NCBI GenBank assembly: GCA_003345595.1
Contig: PRDI01000030.1
Span: forward strand, 1-10,626
DNA: 10,626 nt
Source: Candidatus Thorarchaeota archaeon
Lineage (GTDB): Archaea; Asgardarchaeota; Thorarchaeia; Thorarchaeales; Thorarchaeaceae
Direction: 5' to 3'
How positions within the stretch are numbered: position 1 is the stretch's first letter; every line of letters starts with the position of its first letter. Below are positions 1-6,200 of the stretch, one piece after another. The notes under the pieces are model-generated. The model saw only the letters and a list, made by a program, of their open reading frames with translations. It did not search any database and was not told the DNA's origin. The translations under genes and the position numbers were made by a program.

Positions 1-708
1 TAGTTTTGCCTGCATACAGGTAGGTAGTATCTCCCGAATCTGTGCTCTTGTCGCTATGCCGGGCACCATGGAAGAGAGATGCGACACAAGTTCGTAGAGC
101 TGTTGGAATAGCGTGTCTTCCTGCCCTTCCGATATTTGGCAAAGCGTCTTGAGCTTTGTTATGCATTTGGTTCTGATTGCAAGCACTGGATCCCTAGGAT
201 CGGGGGAATAGCAGAAAGCCCACACAATGTCTAATCTTCTGATGAAAGCAAACCTATCATCTACTGCAAGACAAGATGGCAACATTCTGTCCAAAATCGG
301 CGAACTCGCATCCAAGCTCGAGTTCTCTTTGCTCTCTTTAATCTCGCGTGCGAAGGAATCCGACTGTGCCGTTTTGGGGCTGGGAATAGAGTTCGTGACA
401 AACCTGAAGTGTCTGGCCTGGGCATCACCATCTATCCCATACACCTGAGCGAACTTCTCAAGGACATCCCGGACATCCGCCGGGTACCAGAGTGCATTTT
501 CCCGTCGCTTGACCTGTTCATAGACGATTCTGTCATCCCAGTATAGGGTTATATCCTCAGCATCTTTGTCGACGTCCTCAAAGGAGATCTTGTAGGGCCC
601 TGAGTCTGACAACATCTCGAGTAGCCTAAGAACCCCGACAACAGTTTGATAATAGAACCCTGAAATGGCGCTCTTTCCTGGCAGACCGACTTCCCCATCA
701 TCATTCAT
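1..708 (-). CDS. Cap4/DUF4297-like PD-(D/E)xK dsDNA endonuclease domain protein, 3'-truncated by the window edge (probable defence effector)
   Basis: Translated by hand; absent from the ORF track because it has no stop in the window. ATG at 708, open for 236 codons to position 1: MNDDGEVGLPGKSAISGFYYQTVVGVLRLLEMLSDSGPYKISFEDVDKDAEDITLYWDDRIVYEQVKRRENALWYPADVRDVLEKFAQVYG...RHFRFVTNS...MQAKL. The motifs AxxGFxYQ, E...EDI, YxQVK, a downstream W and FxFVTN match the Cap4-type nuclease domain as I know it. Confidence 0.8.
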   Translation of the reverse strand, partial: MNDDGEVGLPGKSAISGFYYQTVVGVLRLLEMLSDSGPYKISFEDVDKDAEDITLYWDDRIVYEQVKRRENALWYPADVRDVLEKFAQVYGIDGDAQARHFRFVTNSIPSPKTAQSDSFAREIKESKENSSLDASSPILDRMLPSCLAVDDRFAFIRRLDIVWAFCYSPDPRDPVLAIRTKCITKLKTLCQISEGQEDTLFQQLYELVSHLSSMVPGIATRAQIREILPTCMQAKL

Positions 709-835
709 TGCTGGTATAGTTGCCGAACCTTTTCTCCGAAATGGCCTCGATGCAGTGCGCGCCTGAAAGTGGCTATTATGATGCTGGCCCCAGCAATTCC
801 CGTGTCCGCTTTCACCCTATAAACTCATGTCAGGT

Positions 836-908
836 GCGCATTGGTGTAGACTGCAAGAACAAGCCCTCCAAGCTTGGGGCCCGGGTTCGATTCCCGGCAG
901 GCGCACCA
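836..908 (+). pseudogene. Degenerate tRNA-Gly(TCC)-like sequence (pseudo-tRNA or att-site remnant)
   Basis: The 3' part is canonical: anticodon stem CAAGC/GCTTG with loop CC-TCC-AA, 4-nt variable loop, T arm CCGGG-TTCGATT-CCCGG, acceptor 3' strand CAGGCGC, discriminator A, encoded CCA. The 5' part is damaged: GCGCATT instead of GCGCCTG, GC in place of the D-loop GG, poor D stem, and C instead of the invariant U33. Confidence 0.7.
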
Positions 909-1041
909 CACCTCTTGTATTCAGATTTGATGTTAGAGTCCATGTCTACACAATCCTTTTGTTTATCACCTTCTGACGGCGCCCTAGTCAACGAGGAAGT
1001 GCTCCTGTGGAGGCTTCTCATGCTCCAAGCTATGCTATGAC

Positions 1042-1046
1042 GAGGA
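1042..1046 (+). promoter_or_regulatory. Shine-Dalgarno-like site of the topoisomerase IB gene
   Basis: GAGGA 6 nt upstream of the ATG at 1053. Confidence 0.45.
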
Positions 1047-1052
1047 CTTTGC

Positions 1053-3089
1053 ATGGACTCGCTACGACACAATGGCATCTATGTACTTAGACCGCCAGAC
1101 CCCCACAATCTGACTATTCATGTCCGCGGCAAGGACATGATACTGGACGGGCTCCAAGAGGAGATGGCCGTCGCTTGGGTGAAGAAGATCGGTACTCCCT
1201 ACGTAGACGACCCGGTGTTCAAGAGCAACTTCTCAAGGGACTTCAGTAAACAGCTAGGCATCAACCCACCTCTACGGCTTGATGACGTCGGAGAAATAGA
1301 CCTCGCTGAGGTGACTGCATTTGTCGAGGTCCAGCGCAAGAGAAAGGAGATCATGACAAGGGAAGAGAAGAAGGCTGACCTAGAGCGTAGGAAAGCAGAG
1401 AGGGAGCAACTCAAGGAGCACTATGGCTACGCCACAGTTGATAGTCAAAAGATGGAACTGGCAAACTACCAGACTGAACCCTCGGGGATATTCATGGGAC
1501 GTGGTCAGCATCCTCTGAGGGGTAGATGGAAGCAGGGAGCATCTGAAAGAGATGTCACCCTTAATCTCGATCCTAGTGCAGTGCATCCTGACGGGAACTG
1601 GAGGAAGATAATGTGGGTGCCGGACAGCATGTGGATTGCAAAGTGGATCGACAGGCTAACGCGGAAAGAGAAGTACATCTGGTTACATGATTCCACGCCG
1701 ATCAAACAGGAGAGGGAGGAGGCAAAGTTTGACAAGGCTCTCAGAATGGAAGAAAAGACCGACCAGATAAGTTCGTACATCATGGAGGGCCTTCACTCGC
1801 TGGAGGCCAAGCGAAGAGAGATAGCTGCTGCATGCTACTTGATAGACAGACTGAGCCTGCGAGTCGGCGATGAGAAGGACCCCGATGAAGCAGATACAGT
1901 CGGTGCCACTACACTAAGGGTTGAACACCTCACTTTCAAGAAAGAGTCAGTAGTCTTCGATTTTCTGGGAAAAGACAGCGTACCATGGCATAGGGAGCTG
2001 GATCTTCCACCTGACATATTTGAGGTTTTCAAAGAGCTCTATGAGAGGGCATCTGAGAAGGTCGAGTCGTTCAAAGCCCGAGCGAGCACGAAAACTTCTG
2101 CTGACCCCAAGAAGATTGCGCTGATATTTCCCGATGTCAGAAGTACTCACGTTAACAAGTTCTTGAGTGAAGTCGATTCGGATCTGACGGCAAAGGTGTT
2201 CAGAACCCTGCACGCCACTGTGAAGATTCGGGATGAATTGGACCAGAGTAAGGTGAGAAGGACAGATCAAGAGTTTGCAAAGAGGGCCGCGTTCAAGAGC
2301 GCGAACCTCGAGGTCGCCAGAGTCATGAATCATACGAAGCAGGCTCCGAAGGGCTGGGCTAGTACCGCCCAGCGGTACGAATCAAGGATCAGGGCCGCAG
2401 AACAAAAGCTGGCTATGACGAGAAAGCGGCTGACCAGTATGAGAGCGCGGCTGAGAGAGGTCAAGAAGAAGGAGGAAGCCGGACGGGCGAAGTTCGAAGA
2501 ATCGGTCCAGCGACAGAAGCAGATTGTCGACAAGAACTGGCAGTCCGTGATTGCATGGCGGGCGCGCCGTGACAAGGCGAACCTCACTTGGGACAACGCG
2601 AGGGATAGAAGACGCCGAACACGAACGAGCAGGCGCAAGGGTCTGACTACCAAGAAGGAGCGCCTCGATAAGGCAAAGGTTAGAATAGACAATACGAGAG
2701 GCCGGCTTGATAAGATTGAGGCTAGTCTTGTCAATGCACGTGCGCGGTACGAGAAGAGCCGTGATGCTTTGGACAAGAGGGTGGCCGCGTTTGCAGCCCT
2801 GAAGGGAACGTCTGCAGAGAGGATTGACCGCGTCCAGGAGGCAGTCCGAGCCCAGAACGACCGGGTGAAGAAGGCCGAAGCAACTAAGCAGAGGCTCGAG
2901 ACAGACTACGAGTTGGCAAACGCCAGCCGAACATGGAATCTCGGTACCTCTCTCAAGTCGTATGTCCATCCACGTGTAGTGCACAAATGGTGCCAGAGAG
3001 TCGACTTGGATTGGCGATCACTCTATTCCAAGACGCTCCAGAGGAAGTTCGCCTGGGTCGAGATGTCCTCACTATCGGGTCAGAAGTAG
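1053..3089 (+). CDS. top1B: DNA topoisomerase IB (long, eukaryote-like archaeal type), 678 aa
   Basis: Motifs LRHNGI, QEEMAVAW..KIGTPYV, EPSGIFMGRGQHPLRG, YLIDRLSLRVGDEK..EADTVG.TTLRVEH, FDFLGKDS, LTAKVFRT, ANLEVARVMNH and LGTSLKSYVHPR. The catalytic pentad R270/K307/R384/H427/Y637 corresponds to human TOP1 R488/K532/R590/H632/Y723. Confidence 0.97.
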   Translation: MDSLRHNGIYVLRPPDPHNLTIHVRGKDMILDGLQEEMAVAWVKKIGTPYVDDPVFKSNFSRDFSKQLGINPPLRLDDVGEIDLAEVTAFVEVQRKRKEIMTREEKKADLERRKAEREQLKEHYGYATVDSQKMELANYQTEPSGIFMGRGQHPLRGRWKQGASERDVTLNLDPSAVHPDGNWRKIMWVPDSMWIAKWIDRLTRKEKYIWLHDSTPIKQEREEAKFDKALRMEEKTDQISSYIMEGLHSLEAKRREIAAACYLIDRLSLRVGDEKDPDEADTVGATTLRVEHLTFKKESVVFDFLGKDSVPWHRELDLPPDIFEVFKELYERASEKVESFKARASTKTSADPKKIALIFPDVRSTHVNKFLSEVDSDLTAKVFRTLHATVKIRDELDQSKVRRTDQEFAKRAAFKSANLEVARVMNHTKQAPKGWASTAQRYESRIRAAEQKLAMTRKRLTSMRARLREVKKKEEAGRAKFEESVQRQKQIVDKNWQSVIAWRARRDKANLTWDNARDRRRRTRTSRRKGLTTKKERLDKAKVRIDNTRGRLDKIEASLVNARARYEKSRDALDKRVAAFAALKGTSAERIDRVQEAVRAQNDRVKKAEATKQRLETDYELANASRTWNLGTSLKSYVHPRVVHKWCQRVDLDWRSLYSKTLQRKFAWVEMSSLSGQK

Positions 3090-3091
3090 TG

Positions 3092-3136
3092 TGGTGCGCT
3101 CGCCGGGGCTCGAACCCGGACCACATCCATGACAGG
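3092..3136 (-). repeat. 3'-half tRNA-Gly fragment (anticodon loop to CCA); att-like direct repeat of the tRNA-Gly(GCC) 3' end
   Basis: The minus strand reads CCTGTCATGGATGTGGTCCGGGTTCGAGCCCCGGCGAGCGCACCA. It aligns without gaps at 38/45 identity to 7941-7985 (CCTGCCACGGATCCGGCCCGGGTTCGAGTCCCGGCGGGCGCACCA). I found no complementary 5' acceptor strand (GCGCTCG) upstream. Confidence 0.85.
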
Positions 3137-3265
3137 CAGAAACGCCATAATCTGTCATAGATATCGTAATATCAACTACAGCCAATTTCTCTCACACACA
3201 TCGCCGCTACGCAGCCCCCGTTTCTGACTAATCCCGCAACAACAAAGTCCGTGAGATGCACCCCC

Positions 3266-6200
3266 ATGAAACTCCACAAGCACCTATTCCTTGCCGTCCT
3301 GTGCGTTACAGTTTCTCTTCCGCTCGTCACTTTCCAGAGGAACTACGAGCCAGCGGCCACGACCAGCATCGAAGGAAACGCGCCTCAACCGATCGGAGTC
3401 AGCGGAGTGCCAGATACAGTGCCTTCGCAGCCACAGCGAACAGGCTCTTTCGTAGTATCTCAGGACTCAATCAGTGGTACAATGAACCCTGTGAGAGTGA
3501 GGCACTCAGGGTATCAAGTGAGTGACATGGTGAGAGCAAGAACAGACACAGGCACGAACACCAAGAGAAGCCTCACGATTGATGAGTCTGGCGGGTGGTT
3601 CGCAAGCCAGGCCGCAGTTGAGGTGACTGACAGCCGAAGACTGTATGCACTGAATGGCACTTTTGATGCTGGAGTCCTCCCGTGGTGGAATTCAACCTAC
3701 GACCCAAGTGGTGGCCGTCAGACTCAGAGTGCAACCTTCAACTCAACTTGGGAGCATGTTTGCGTCACGAACGTCGGCAGGTATCTTGCCGGCACGTACA
3801 CTCACTATGATGGAACAGAAATCCTCTGGTCGCAGACGGTGACCAATTCGCCATTGGTAGAAGACTTCTCTGTTAGCTTCGAATTCCTCTACGAATCCGG
3901 TCCGCTAGACCCCAACGGCGACGACTTCCCATTCTCGTCGGTCTACCTCGTGTTCTATGCAGACTCCCAGCCATACGTACTTGATCTGCTACATGACCTG
4001 GGCTCTAGAAACACGTGGTACGTCGTATCGGACTTCCGACTCAACATCACTGATGCCCCTTCGACCTTCGACATTGCGATAGGGCTGTGGATTTACGCCC
4101 CCTCCGGCAACCTGATCCTCTCGCCCAACGGAGATTACGATGAGGACGGAAACATAGACGGCTTGGCAAACGCCCAAACAATAGACTTGCGGTTGGACAA
4201 CATAGCATTCGAGGGCATCTACGCACCGGGTTTCGAGGAAGTAGACATGACATTTCATGCCGAAGAAATGGAAGCATCAGTAACAGGGACTTCCACAACT
4301 GGCACAGCGACCATCACGAACCCCTCCTACTGGACTACCGACCACTTGCAGGTGGAGATCACTTCGAATACCAGCATCTCTTTCAGCTATAAGGTCACGC
4401 TCCTGATGCATAAGTACGAGAACTCGTCTTGGGCGAGAGACCCCTCGAAGGCCGGAGTCTTGTATGCGATGACGGAAGGCGGGAGCGCACTGCTCACGCT
4501 TTACACCTACGTCGTTGCATCATATGGTTATGAGAATGTTTCAATCGATATTGAGCATCCCTCAGACTGGGAGAACGTCACGGTACTTGATCCGCTGTTG
4601 AACGACCTCACAAGCCAGTGTAATGTTAGTGAGGGTGCGATTGGTGTTCCAAACGGCCTGTTGAGCCGTGTAGGGTGGTGGGAGATACGACTGGACTGTC
4701 CGAACTATGCAGAGAGTCTGATGGCACAGAAGTATAATACAGCGACCGGCGAGTGGTCAGAGGGCTCACTCTTTCGTGCAGGCAACAAAACAAGGATTCA
4801 TGCAGAACTCGGAACAGCGACAAGTACACCGGACCAAGGCCAACCAGCTCAGATCAGTTGGGTCATGCCCAACGGTACCATCTGGAGAGAAGAGAGCATC
4901 GAAGCCATGATCAACGGGGCACTGAACGGTACATCGTGGACACTTGGGGGACAGAACACAACTGCGGGTCAATGGATGTTGGAGCTGTTCTGGACAAACG
5001 GCACTGAGATTGCGTATGCGGCTACTGGGTTCGACCTGTATCATGCCTCGAGCCTGACCGCAGTCCAGTCAGTCATAGAAACCGAGGCCAATTCCGTCAT
5101 CACAAGCATTCTCAGGTACATTGACACCGACAACGGGCGATACTTGATGCAAGATGAAGCTGTGATTGCGGCTAACTGGTCTTCTGGTTCTGTCACTTAC
5201 GACCCTAATCTTGTGAGGAATTGGTGGGAGGCCGATTTCGACACTTCGGTTGTCGGCGGAGGCGAGTTTCTGGTCGTTGTGGACGCCGTACAGTCGTACT
5301 TCGATGATGCATCATGCCAGTTCACCTTGAGAGTGCTCTATGAAACGACACTCGATGTGACATCAATAGGCGGTCCCCTAGCCACGACATCCTATTTGGA
5401 GAACTACACAGTCTGTATGAGATACTTGCTCGCCAATAGCTCCCCAGTAAATGGCGCAGACATCACGTTGGACTACACGGGCCCTGAGAACGGTCTTTTG
5501 TCCTTGGGCTGGAGGGCTTCTGGAGGCGGCAACTACTCGTTTAGTCTCAAGGGACTTGTGTGTGGGCTGTACGCCGTAACAGTGACGGGAACGAAGCAGT
5601 ATCACTATTCAGCATCTGATACATTCATGTTAATGGTCGCTGAAGCGAACACCGTCTTGAATTCACCCAATGGCACATCGGATCTTGTGAGGATAGGTCA
5701 GACTTACAGACTGGTGGTTCATTACGAGAACAGTTCAGGCGGCGGTCTGGCAGGAGCCGATGTTGTGTTGGACAGTATCAACCCTAGTTCGGGACTCACA
5801 TGTGCCAATTTCACGTATGAAGGCAACGGGGACTACTATGCTGACATAACGCCTGCGGTTGCTGGGACTTACACTCTCATTATGCGAGCTTCACTCTATA
5901 ACCATGTTGAGGGAGTCGTGTCATTCGCCTTGACGGCAATGGCGATTCCCACTGAGCTAACGATCAGCAGCTCAGGAGCGAGCGTAGCCATAGATCAGAT
6001 GTACACCGTGCAGCTGTTGCTGTTGGACGACGAAACCTATCCAGTTGACGGCGCATCCATTACCGTGGTGAACCCGCCGCTTGGACTTTTCTTCCAGGAC
6101 TGCGTGCCGTTGTCCGGAGGCCGCTATAACATTACGATTGAGCCGCTCCAGACGGGAACGTACCAGATTGCCTTCAGAGCATCGCGCGAGAACTATCAGT

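Noticed and set aside
227-448. 73-aa + strand ORF
   Set aside because: Antisense shadow of the minus-strand nuclease gene, which carries recognisable motifs.
462-478. Tandem GGACATCC-C-GGACATCC
   Set aside because: A short coding repeat (DVRDV) within the nuclease gene; there is no array.
818-823. TATAAA upstream of the tRNA-Gly(TCC)-like sequence
   Set aside because: Only about 12 nt before position 836; normal archaeal spacing would put the start inside the tRNA-like sequence, so it is not supported as its promoter.
850-858. ACTGCAAGA read as a tRNA-Cys(GCA) anticodon loop
   Set aside because: It has no flanking stem and sits at the D-loop position; the properly stemmed loop is CC-TCC-AA.
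720-1078. ORFs 720-1040 (+) and 830-1078 (-)
   Set aside because: They run through the tRNA-like sequence (translated tRNA patterns such as ARVRFPAGAP), have no protein-like motifs, and one overlaps the top1B start.
1947-2984. Minus-strand ORFs of 128, 148 and 200 aa
   Set aside because: Antisense shadows of the topoisomerase gene, favoured by its low-complexity K/R/E/A coiled coil.
1053-3089. Annotating the gene as a tyrosine integrase
   Set aside because: All motifs are those of eukaryote-like TopIB including the N-terminal cap region; any recombinase role is only a hypothesis.
3092-3136. Calling the fragment a functional tRNA-Asp(GTC)
   Set aside because: There is no 5' acceptor strand, and the acceptor/discriminator (GCGC-A-CCA) is Gly-type and collinear with the neighbouring tRNA-Gly.
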